This document shows positions 13,067 to 23,759 of a stretch of DNA of 64,000 bases, piece after piece; the stretch's first letter is position 1, and each line of letters begins with the position of its first letter. This DNA is from Octopus vulgaris. Taxonomy: Eukaryota. The translations under genes and the position numbers were made by a program. The stretch covers positions 34,224,001 to 34,288,000 of the forward strand of contig OX597829.1 of assembly GCA_951406725.2 (NCBI GenBank), written 5' to 3'. The notes below the pieces were generated by a model that saw only the letters and a list, made by a program, of their open reading frames with translations, had not been told where the DNA came from and did no database searches.

Positions 13067-14605
13067 TGTCCATCATTGGTCAGTCATAAAATAAAGGGGT
13101 CGTGCAATGCAAGATGACAAGAATGGCTCTTTAGTACATCACACAGTCGATACAATAAATATTAAATTGAATAGTACAAATAAGTGCCAGAGAGAAAATG
13201 GAGACACAACTGCATAGAATGATTAAGAGAAGATTTATTGATGTAATAACATGTGTGTCTGTGTGTGCATCATGAATACAGAATATTAGACAGGCTGTTG
13301 TGAGAAGAAAGTTTATGTGTGTATGTGTGTATAGGCATGGAGGTGTGTGCGTGTTGTGTATGTTTAAGGATGTTGATAAGTAGACTGTGAAAGAGTCTAT
13401 AATGAGAAGTGAGAAGAATGTTCATAGACACAAGTAAGATAAATAATACCTGTTCACAGTCATTAATACACGGTAGTTGAAATACTGTATCAAGAAGTTG
13501 CGGCCATGATGCTGAGCCAGTTGCAGACACATATTGTACATGAGGTTGTGGCTGTGATGCTGTTGCCTGGGTCACTTGGTTCAGGAGTTCTAGCAGGTTG
13601 TATATTCATTGTTGATCCATGGTGAAGGAATTAATGAACAGTGAAGTGTTGGAACCTGGAAGTTGCTTGTTGAGCTGTGTACATAGAGAGATGATGTTAA
13701 TGATGTTAAGAAGAAGATGATGGTGGCAATGAAGATAGAGGTTGCCATAATGATGTTGGATGAAGTTGGTAAGTCTCAATATGGTTGCTATAGTGTTGTC
13801 ACTGGAACTGGCTGTGTCTACATAGTCAGTGGCTTGACCTTAAAAGTTCAGGAACCAAAGACATGTATTGAGGAAAAAGCTGGGTTTTTATAGAAATTAG
13901 TAGGCTTGAAATAGAGTTTGAAAAAGGTTGTTCATGTTATGCTATCTCTGACTGGCTATCTGCTCTCAGTTGGCACAACAGAGTAGGAGACAAATTACAC
14001 CAATACCAACCAATTAGAGTAGTGAACACAACAGGACACAAACAGTAGCTGAAGGCCTATTGGTCTCTGCTATGTTTGAATGCATGTATATATAATCTAT
14101 GATACAGGGTTTTGCTCTTACATGATAAGGTCATTCAGGAAAAGACTATGGCACTAAATATGAAAGTTTTGCCTCATATCTTATATTTCTGATTTAGAGG
14201 GAAAATAGTATATTAGTTGTGAAGAGGGTAAAAATGGTATTGAGTGTCTTGGCTTCAAAACCTGAAGAATTTTATGCCTGAAAGATCAACAATTTGTCAA
14301 ACACATGAAATTATATTATCAATAATGAAGGGAAAATATTATCTTGATTAAATATATTACTTAAGATGAAAGAAATATTTCTTTCTTGACTTGAAATGTA
14401 ACAGGTCTTTCATTTCAACCTAATACTACAGAGATACATAGACAAAATTTTAAAATTTACATTTTAGTTCATGGTAAATTTGGGTAATGTTTGACAATTA
14501 AAAGATATATTTAGAAAGATACTATTAGAGTGTTATTAATACAATTTTATAAGAATTGCCTAGTGAATTAGGTGTACAGGTGCTTTATAATTATTATCTT
14601 GAATC

Positions 14606-16393
14606 AAGGTATGCACAGGTGGACTGACTACGTCGCCGGGTCTTCGGATGGTGTCTTTATGTGCCACCGACACAGGTGCCAGATGAGGCTGGCGAACGGC
14701 CACGATCGGATGGTGTTTGTTGTGCCCACAGCACGGAGGCCAGTCGATGCGGTACTGGCTACGGCCACGTTTGGGTGGTTTTCTTGTGTGCCACCGGCAC
14801 TGGTACCACAAAGAATACAATTCCACTGATGTTCATCTATTTTGATTTGTTTTGATTTGATTTTCACTTGCCTCAACAGGTCTTCATAAGTGTCACAAGA
14901 AGGAAGGTATGCACAGGAGGACTGACTACGTCCCAGGTAGGGGCCACGGGTTATGGCCTGACTAGTCTTGCCGGGTCTTCTCACGCACAGCATACTTCCA
15001 TAGGTCTCGGTCTCTAGACATTTCCTTAGTGAGACCTAAAGTTCGAAGGTCGTGCTTCACCACCTCGTCCCAGGTTTTCCTGGGTCTACCTCTTCCACAG
15101 GTTCCCTCAACTGCTAGGGTGTAGCACTTTTGCACACAACTATCTTCAGCCTTTCTCGTCACATGACCATACCAGCGCAGCCGTCTCTCTTGCACACCAC
15201 AACTGACGCTTCTTAGGTTCAACTTTTCTCTCAAGGAACTTACACTCTGACGATTATGAACACTGACATTACACATCCATCGGAGCATACTGGCTTCATT
15301 TCTTGCGAGCTTATGCATATCCTCAGCAGTCACGGCCCATGTTTCACTACCATGTAGCATGGCTGTACGTACACATGCATCATACAGTCTGCCTTTTACT
15401 CTGAGCGAGAGGCCTTTTGTCACCAGCAGGGGTAAGAGCTCTCTAAACTTTGCCCAGGCTATTCTTACTCTAGCAGTTACACTTTCAGCACACCCGCTAC
15501 TGACTTGGTCTCCTAGGTAGCGGAAGCTATCAACTACTTCTAGTTTGTCTCCCTGGAACGTGGCAGAAGTTGGTCTCTGCACATTTCCAGTGTTTATTGC
15601 TCCTGAGCATTTGCCACAGACAAAAACTATTTTCCTAGTTAGCCTTCCTTTGACATTGCTGCACCTCTTATGTGTCCATAGCTTACACTTGGTGCATCTT
15701 ATAGAGTTTCTACCTACACCTTTTTTACAGATCGAGCAGGGCCATCTACCTGAAGGCGTTTGTGATTGATCTACCTTCCTACTTATTAGGACTTTGGTTT
15801 TGGCTAGGTTGATTCTAAGGCCCTTCGATTCTAATCCTTGTTTCCACACCTGAAACTTCTCCTCCAGTTCTGATAGTGACTCAGCAATTAGAGCAAGGTC
15901 ATCAGCATAGAGGAGCTCCCAGGGGCAACCTGTCTTGAATTCCTCCATTATTGCCTGGAGGACTATGATAAATAGGAGGGGACTGAGGACTGAACCTTGG
16001 TGGACCCCAACCTCTACCCGGAATTCTTCACTGTACTTGTTGCCAAATGTACTCGTTGCCAGCCTCATCTGGCACCTGTGTCGGTGGCACATAAAAACAC
16101 CATCCGAGCGTGGCCGTCTGCCAGCCTCGTCTGGCACCTGTGTCGGTGGCACATAAAAACACCATCCGAGCGTGGCCGTTCGCCAGCCTCGTCTGGCACC
16201 TGTGTCGGTGGCACATAAAATCACCCACTACACTCTCGGAGTGGTTGGCGTTAGGAAGGGCATCCAGCTGTAGAAACACTGCCAGATCTGACTGGCCTGG
16301 TGCAGCCTTCGGGCTCCCCAGACCCCAGTTGAACCGTCCAACCCATGCTAGCATGGAAAACGGACGCTAAATGATGATGATGATGATGATGAT
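14606..16393 (+). mobile_element. Young RTE LINE insertion with 5' inversion (RT segment on - strand, 3' end and (GAT)n tail on + strand)
   Basis: Minus-strand RT/3'UTR 14606-16053 joined at ~16054 to a plus-strand 62-bp repeat array and tail (16371-16393). Confidence 0.9.
14962..16224 (-). CDS. RTE reverse transcriptase C-terminal half with internal PHD finger; chimeric N-terminus from antisense 3'UTR repeats
   Basis: 420-codon uninterrupted frame (GTG start, internal ATG ~16092): GVHQGSVLSPLLF, LYADD, CSIC..CTKC..H..C..CGKC, FRYLG, RLRWYGHV, RGRPRKTW. Confidence 0.85.
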   Translation of the reverse strand: MILCATDTGARRGWRTATLGWCFYVPPTQVPDEAGRRPRSDGVFMCHRHRCQMRLATSTFGNKYSEEFRVEVGVHQGSVLSPLLFIIVLQAIMEEFKTGCPWELLYADDLALIAESLSELEEKFQVWKQGLESKGLRINLAKTKVLISRKVDQSQTPSGRWPCSICKKGVGRNSIRCTKCKLWTHKRCSNVKGRLTRKIVFVCGKCSGAINTGNVQRPTSATFQGDKLEVVDSFRYLGDQVSSGCAESVTARVRIAWAKFRELLPLLVTKGLSLRVKGRLYDACVRTAMLHGSETWAVTAEDMHKLARNEASMLRWMCNVSVHNRQSVSSLREKLNLRSVSCGVQERRLRWYGHVTRKAEDSCVQKCYTLAVEGTCGRGRPRKTWDEVVKHDLRTLGLTKEMSRDRDLWKYAVREKTRQD

Positions 16394-16948
16394 AGTCTTA
16401 TAACATTCAGTTAAAATTAATCAACACTTTGTTTGTTCTTATTTAGTAAACTTTCAACAGCAAGCAATATTTAATAGTCTTGTCACGAATTTGCTTGGTT
16501 GCTTGCATAGCAGAGAGAGGAAGATATATTTCATTGAACAGTATAAATAATTGCCTACTGGGAGAGACAAACTTCTCTGAAATTATAGAAAGCTGTCTGT
16601 GTCAGTCCAAAAATATACAAAGTTAACTGTGTAAATCTCCATGATTACAGAGGTCTGTTGGCCATCTGTTCCCTAAGCTACATACCAAACGACTTTTATA
16701 GGGGATCAGAAGCCTAATTCTTGAACATTCAAACATGCATTGAATACAGAATAAATGCTGAAATAATGTCTATATAACAATGGTGAGTTTGTAAGGTATG
16801 CTAAGTTCTGCAGTTCTTTTTCTTGATTTTGGAACTGTAAAAAAAAAGACATTTTTTTTTTTTGTGTTAAAAAATATTTGAGTGAATTCTTCTTCCACTT
16901 TTGTCTACATTGAGTGTGAGGTGCAATGTTGTTGGATAATGATTTATG

Positions 16949-19900
16949 CAGAGGTGGGTACCGTTAATCGAAAAGTTAACTTTGTTAATCATTTATCCAT
17001 TAACAAAAAAGTTTACTTTGTTAATCGTTAATTCTTGGAAAATGTAATGGAAGTTAACGTTAATCCATTAATGTTAACTTTTATTGGAAAAAGACATAAT
17101 TACAGTTTAATACCCCACTGACTTTGTTGCCTCATAACTGTTCCAGAAAAATGGATACATTCTAATGAACCTTTCACCAAATAATCACTTATATCCTGTA
17201 GATTGAGTGTATGTAAAGATTTGTTGGAAAAAATTTCCCGAGTGGTTAGGGAGAGGAGTTTCGGAAAATTCATAGGGCCCGATATTTTCTCCATCATAAC
17301 TTTCTGGAAAAATTTTATACAAATACCTTTCAAATGGTGTAGATTAAGATTACAAAGAAATTTGTAGGCAAAATTTTTGGAAGTAGAGGCAGTTCTGGAA
17401 ACCAGAGTTTTGGATCAGATGGCCCACATAAGTTAGAATTTCTCTGTTTTGATGGAGACTTTTTCCAATGCTTTTCTCCGTCTTCAGAATGATGGGAGGC
17501 ATCTTTCCACAAAAAAAAAAAAGAAAAAAATTTTGAAAATTTATTGTTTTTCACTCCCACCATCCTGTCCCCACCCCAGCCTGACATGATTTTGGCCATT
17601 TATTTTTTTTCACTATCACTTAAAACCCGTGAGAGAAACACTTTTGGTCTAAAAAAAAAATGTTAATAATTTCAGTGGAAAATGTGTGATTTAAGGGAGA
17701 TCTGGCTGTTGTTTCTAGCACATTCCATAACCTCCCTTCTTGTTTCTTTCTCACTCACACATCTATTGATATTTTTCAATATTTTTCTCCCCATAAACAA
17801 ATTTAATGGAATGATGTCAAAGTAACGCACATCTAGTCCCAACTGGGCAAGGCTATGTTATGTGTGTGTGTCAGAAAAAACACACCTAAAAACATTTTTA
17901 GTATTCATATTAATCTATCAAATGTAATGCTTATTTGTTCATGTTATTTTGAATTATTCAGGTTCAAGCACAATATTTGCTTATAACTTTTTACGTACAG
18001 ATTTGAAATTTATAGTCATGTAATTTTTGCTGATCTTGCTGAGTAAATTTGGCATTTATGGGCAGGTAAATTTAGTCAACAGGTGTAAAAGCAATAATAT
18101 TATGGATAAACACTAAAACTGAAATTCTTAATGCATCTTATCTGTTTGATTTGTTGCTAAAATTATCCCAGATAAAAATTTTGATAACATAAAAATTTTG
18201 ACAATTTTCAAAATGAGGTACATTAATTTGAGTCAATTAAAATACAAGTATAATTGGTACAAGATTTTATTCTTTCAGTAAATATTTTGTGCTTCGGTGT
18301 GGGATAATTTTTTCCACAGTTTTTTCAGGTGCATTCAATGTATCTGACTTCCAAACCTGCAGCAAGCCACTTTTTCTCTGGAAAAGAAAGGTGGGAGGCG
18401 TGGTGGGTACCTCAAAGGTTCCCACCAAGAGTGTTTTATATCACAGGTCTTTTTTTCTTTTCCAGGTTATTTGTGCTTGCTTTCAACAAATGTGACATCG
18501 AAATCACGTGTAAACAGCTCCTTTTTCCAGAAAAGGAAAGATTTGGCTGCTATTTCTAGCATGCCCTTTTACCATGTAACTGCTATTTGCATTCGCAGCA
18601 AAATATTTACCAGTTTTTTGCCTTCCATTTATTTTTTCCACTTTATGGAAGTCAATATTTTCTCTGTTGACATTCACCTCAATTAATTTTGCTTTTCTCC
18701 CAGTTCTGTGCTTTCTGGAAGAAAAGCCCTCATGTTATTTCAAAGCTACAAGAATTCACTAACGTAATTTACTCTTTTACTCTTTTACTCTTTTACTTGT
18801 TTCAGTCCTTTGACTGCGGCCATGCTGGAGCACCGCCTTTAGTCGAGCGACTCGACCCCGGGACTTATTCTTTTTTTGTAAGCCCAGTACTTATGCTATC
18901 GGTCTCTTTTTGCCGAACCGCTAAGTAACGGGGACATAAACACACCAGCATCGGTTGTCAAGCAATGCTAGGGGGACAAACACAGACACACAAACAAACA
19001 CACATACATATATATACACATATATACGACAGGCTTCTTTCAGTTTCCGTCTACCAAATCCACTCACAAGGCATTGGTCGGCCCGGGGCTATAGCAGAAG
19101 ACACTTGCCCAAGATGCCACGCAGTGGGACTGAACCCGGAACCATGTGGTTGGTTAGCAAGCTACTTACCACACAGCCACTCCTGCGCCTTTGTTTATTT
19201 TTTAAAAAGATTTCACAGACAAATTAGATACAACTTTCTGGAAAATAGGCATTTTTAGTGAAATTTTATACAAATACCTTTCAAACGGTTAAAAAGTGCC
19301 AAAACTATAAAATCAACTTTTTGGCCTTTTTGAGAGCTTAAGAACCCTAAAATTATAGTTTTTTTTTTCTTTAGAGTTAAAAAATGCTAATTTTATAGTT
19401 TCAAATTTTAAAGGGTCTAAAAAAGGCTGATTTCATAATTTTGGCCCTTATTTAGGTTTTTAAAGACTTTTAGAGCCAGAAAAAGGTAAAAAAAAAACTC
19501 AAATGAAACACAATATTAGTGTTAAACTAAAAAAAAGTTTGTTGATAAAGTGGCTGTAAAAAAAAATAAAAATAAAAATAATGAAAAGCATGATATATAC
19601 ATAATTCTCTCCATGACACAGCGAGGTCACAGATCAAGTGGAAGCATCAATCACTGTTCCTTCTTGACAGGACAAAGAAATTTCCCACTACCTTTGCAAG
19701 CAACAAGCAGGTGGATTTGGTTTCAGATCCAGACAGGGCCAAATGAGGTCCACAAGTTATTTATAATAATAAGTGGCATTATATCGGAGTTGAAAGAATG
19801 ACATGTACAATATTAAATATGCTAAGACAATCTGTAAACAATAGAAACTTTTAAACGTTTACCGGTTTTCATGAAATTTTTGGGTTAATGGAAGCTGAAT

Positions 19901-20022
19901 GTAACAGAAGTTAATTAGTCCAATAATGATTTTCAAAGTTAACTTAAAAGTTAAATCCTTAATGCGAATGTTAACTTCATTAATTAATGATTAATGGATT
20001 AATGGACTTAAACCCAGCTCTG
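16949..20022. mobile_element. Non-autonomous hAT-type DNA transposon with nested repeats
   Basis: TIR CAGAGGTGGGT / ACCCAGCTCTG (10/11); perfect 8-bp TSD GATTTATG (16941-16948 / 20023-20030); subterminal GTTAAC/TTAATC arrays at both ends. Confidence 0.85.
18771..19189 (-). mobile_element. Full-length tRNA-derived SINE (family A)
   Basis: Head AGGCGCAGGAGTGGCTGTGTGG (A box)...GGTTCAGTCCC (B box); internal microsatellite; CR1-like tail and (GAGTAAAA)n; near-identical to 55948-56357. Confidence 0.9.
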
Positions 20023-20076
20023 GATTTATGTTTATGTGTGGATTGTTTGGGTGTAGCAGACAAAGAAGAAGAGTAT

Positions 20077-20440
20077 TGTGGTAGGGGAATGAACTTCACA
20101 GAAGTCTGCTGAAGTCGATCAACACTGATCGACTGTAGTGTGTATGCGATTTGAATATAAAGGCACCTACCTTCTCTTCTTAGTGACGGAGGTCCTCCAA
20201 CGGTACCTAGTCCTTCCACACAGCCCTGACCCGAACACTAACGATAGCAGCTGCTAGCCCAAACCCTTAGCGACGTCCTCACATATCTTGTCACCTGCAC
20301 GACCCACATTGGAAAGACCCAATTGACCGCTCCCTGCACACGCCTGACGGCTCACGCCTGACGGCTCACGCCTGACGGTTGCCCCAGCTTCCGGTCAACG
20401 CACCCAGCTGCTGACATCCAGCTGCTGACATCATCCCACA
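20077..20440. mobile_element. Probable solo LTR
   Basis: TGTGG...CCACA termini; 5-bp TSD AGTAT/AGTTT (4/5); internal 14-bp repeat CACGCCTGACGGCT x3. Confidence 0.6.
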
Positions 20441-21064
20441 AGTTTCCTGTTTCCCTTGAATATCCAAGGCCATATATTTTGGTTCAGGTTTAGCATATAG
20501 TACAGACTGGAATAAACTGTGCAAAGGATGCTCAACTGAATTGTTGAGTATGAAGACATGAGTCCAGGTATTGATATCAGATGGAAAAAAAAGTTTTAAT
20601 CTATCCAAATTGGAATGTGATCGTGAAGCTGCTTCAAGCTGGAGATGGAAATGTTCTACCATCCTGTTAGACATGGGATGATAAGCTGTAGTATGAATTC
20701 TTTGTGAACCTAAAAGATTACATGAATCAGCAAAAAGACTGTTAGTTGTTTTGTCATAGGCGTGCCAAAACATGAAATCTAGTCAGCTATAAAGGTCCTT
20801 GCAACAGTAAGAGATGACTTCAAACCACCAAGTAAAATGGTCTCTATAGGTTTGGAGATACGTTTTATCCTGAACTAGTGATGGCAGTTCCATGATATCT
20901 ATGAGGATATGTTTAAAATAAGTGTCAAGAGTAACAAATATGTCTAAAGGTACCTTAATGTAGGGCTGAACCTTGGCTTTTTTTGCATGTCCAATTATGA
21001 ATGTCCTCTTCATACCTGGCTGTACAAAACAGGGTAAAATTAATTTCACCATTGCTGAAATACC

Positions 21065-22098
21065 TTAACTTGACTTCTTGGCTTCATGCTCTTGCTTGAA
21101 GGGGCGGGGATCATTCCAAGTTAGTAGTCCCAGAGGTGTCATCATACACATCACACATAGAGCCGACCAGGTCCACCAATGCTCTCCATCACTGGCAGTC
21201 CCATGCCATCTCTTCCACATCCTCCAAGGTGATGTTGAGCTTCTGGAGATCTTTCCCAATCATGTTCAGCTGTCTGGTACAGGACCTGCCACAAGGCCTC
21301 TTCCATCCCACAGCTGCTGTGTTGAATAAGACTGAAGTCCTGATAGGATGATCTGACAGGAGACTGAGGACTTGTCTGTACTAGCACATGTGACAGATAG
21401 CTATGAGATGGGAGGCTGTGGGCTGATACATGCACACAAACAGTTCTTTGTTTGATATGTGATGGTACCATCTGATGTTCTCAATGGTTCTCAGGGCTCT
21501 GCTATCAAAGCCATCGATTCTCCTAAGATCTTTCCTCCCTTCTAATGGCTCTGTAGCAGTGCTGAGAGCTGCATGCAGGTAAAATGGTGAACTGATTCCC
21601 CATCAGGGTTAGACAAGGCTGTGTGGCTGCCCTGTCCTCTTCAACTGTGTCATCAATTATCTGATGACCAAGGTTTGTGTAACTATCACCTTACCAACCT
21701 GGGATATGTGGGTGATACCACCCTATTCAGCAACTTGATTGACATACTGACAGTATGCAGAGGATGCACTGACAATATACAGAGAAGGATCCGCAAGATT
21801 TGGCCTTTAGGTGAGTTGGGAGAAGACCAAGTTGATACATGTTGGAGATGGCCTGGATCCTCTCACTCTCCAGATTGGTCCCCATCTTGTGAAATGTGTC
21901 AGTACATTCATCTACCTAGACTCCACAGTCACCAATAATGGACACCAATTGCAGATGTAGTCTGGCTGCTGGGGTCATGTACTCCCTATGAAAGCCCCTC
22001 TGGCTTTCTCCTGGGACATGAAGCTCCACATCTACAATGCAATAGTCCTCTCCATTCTCCTCTATAGAGCAGAAACATGGCCCCTCTTGAAGACCCAA
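21065..22098 (-). mobile_element. Older RTE-clade insertion with 5' inversion and 11-bp TSD
   Basis: TSD GCTGAAATACC (21054-21064 / 22099-22109); 3' part on - strand (RIDGFDSRALR...GWKRPCGR), RT part on + strand (RQGC, FIYL, LLYRAETWPL). Confidence 0.75.
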
Positions 22099-22417
22099 GC
22101 TGAAATACCAGGATGAGATAACTTAGGAAGAGCTGAAAAGGTGGTTTATAGTTTTACAGGGTGTAAGGTCTAGAAAATCCAGTTGAAACATCACACCATC
22201 CAAGTGAAACACTAGAACATAGTGGTAATAGATGAAAATCTAGAGAAGATGACTGAATTTCAGAGTTGCAATAACTCTTTGTTGCCTCTCTCATCCATCA
22301 CCATTTTCTCCAAATCAATAGTATCAGCAGAATGCAAAACATTGAGATAAACATGGGATAAAGCATCTACTGCAAAATTTTCAGCACCCTTGATATGATG
22401 AATATCAACAGTTTGTG

Positions 22418-22825
22418 CATCATCATCATCATCATCGTTTAACGTCTGTTTTCTATCCTGGCATGGGTTGGACGGTTTGACTGAGGACTGGTGAGCCAGA
22501 GGCTGCACCAGGCTCAGTCTGATCAGGCAAAGTTTCTACAGCTGGATGCCCTTCCTAATGCCAACCACTAGAGAGTAGTGTAGTGGGTGCTTTTTACATG
22601 TCACCGGCACAAGGGACAGTTAGGCAGTTCTGGTAATGACCACGCTCAAAAAGTGTTTTTACATGCTACCTGCACAGGAGCAGTCCGGTGGCACTGGCAA
22701 CGACCACGTTTGAATGTTGGTTTTCACATGCCACTGGCACATGTGCCGGTAAGGTGATGCTGGCAACAATCCGCTTGAATATTGTTTTTCACGTTCCACT
22801 GGCACGTGTTGGTAAGGTGACGCTG
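22418..22825 (-). mobile_element. RTE 3' end with UTR repeats and (CAT)n tail
   Basis: (CAT)n at 22418-22436; CTGGATGCCCTTCCTAATGCCAACCAC motif. Confidence 0.85.
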
Positions 22826-23299
22826 TCTCTTCAGGAATATTTATCCATCTTGGATTACAATGCATAAGTCAATGCTTTATGATCACTATGAATGGTGAAG
22901 GTTCATCCTCCTAAGAAATTATGCAAATGCTTCATAGATATATAAGCTGCCCATAACTCTCATCCAAAAGTACTGTATCTCATTTTGGCTGGCTTGAAAC
23001 ACTTCAAAAAAAGAGAAAGTGTTTGCCAGGAATTTTGGACAAACTGTTGCAGTTCTCCACCAATTCCAATGTCAGATATATCTACTCTCAGTGATAGAGG
23101 AGCCTTCTAGTTTTTGAGAATAAAATGGATTTGTACTGACATAGGGGATTACTGGAAATGTGCAAATGCTTTGTATGCCATTATGTCAAAAGTGGTTAAA
23201 GAGGATCCTTATTAAAGGAAATCACAAATGACACAGCTAAAATTAGCAAAGAGAGTTCAACTTTCATGCATAATTTTAACAGCCGAAGTAAAATTTGTG

Positions 23300-23745
23300 A
23301 TCAAATTCCTTCAGTGATTGATTAACTGGTAACAAAATTTCACAGACATTTCAAAAATGTTGCATGAAAGTTACCAGTATACTTCAGAAAAATATCCTTG
23401 CTTCAAACAAATATTCCCTCATCTGCCTATTGTTGCCTTTAGACGCAGTAAAAATAATATGAGAGAGCTATTAACCACTACCTCTAACCTCCAGAAAACT
23501 AGCATTGAAGTTTTTGAACGCTGCACAGCTGCAGAAGAGGTTCATTGTACTACAATAATTCCATCACAAATAATAGCAGAAATGTTATGATTTATACAGA
23601 AGGTGGGATGTGTAAGGATTCCCATTTGGTGTACACAGTGAAATGCACCAAATACAACTTGATTTATGTCGGTTGTATAACAGAACAATTAAATAAAAGT
23701 TTCAATGAGCATAGGTATGACATCAGTCACAATAATAGTAGTTCA
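23300..23745 (+). pseudogene. Penelope-like GIY-YIG endonuclease remnant
   Basis: PIVAFRRSKNNMRELL...LVYTVKCTKYNLIYVGCI.EQL..SFNEHRYDI. Confidence 0.75.
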
Positions 23746-23759
23746 ATGGAAAAGAGAAT

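Larger units (their letters stand above)
11904..14423 (+). mobile_element. Decayed mariner transposon interrupted by later insertions
   Basis: TIRs TTAGGTTAGAAAGAAAGTCCTGTTGCA and TGTAACAGGTCTTTCATTTCAACCTAA+TA; transposase remnants NEKWV, KRVMLYIWWDME..YHEVL (12440-12660) and SKPEEFY...NNEG..LD* (14255-14350). Confidence 0.7.
20445..23250 (-). pseudogene. Ty3/Gypsy pol remnant (RNase H-integrase), split by RTE insertions
   Basis: DIHHIKGAENFAVDALSH; LSHPGISAMVKLI restored on removing 21065-22109; FKHILIDIM..DHFTWWFEVI; TTAYHPMSNRMVEHFH. Confidence 0.8.

Noticed and set aside
13270-14100. Possible Penelope N-terminal remnant inside the mariner
   Set aside because: Looks like decayed coding DNA on the minus strand but has no diagnostic motif.
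16058-16220. CRISPR-like regular repeats
   Set aside because: Whole 62-bp units repeat with no unique spacers, no cas genes, and they lie in a eukaryotic RTE 3'UTR.
16420-16800. Exon-like signals (acceptor at 16446, ATG|GTGAGT ~16782)
   Set aside because: No frame links acceptor to donor and there is no recognisable peptide.
19600-19800. Possible hAT transposase C-terminal remnant
   Set aside because: Only vague similarity (EISHYL..DP); diagnostic WW and ERxFS motifs are absent.
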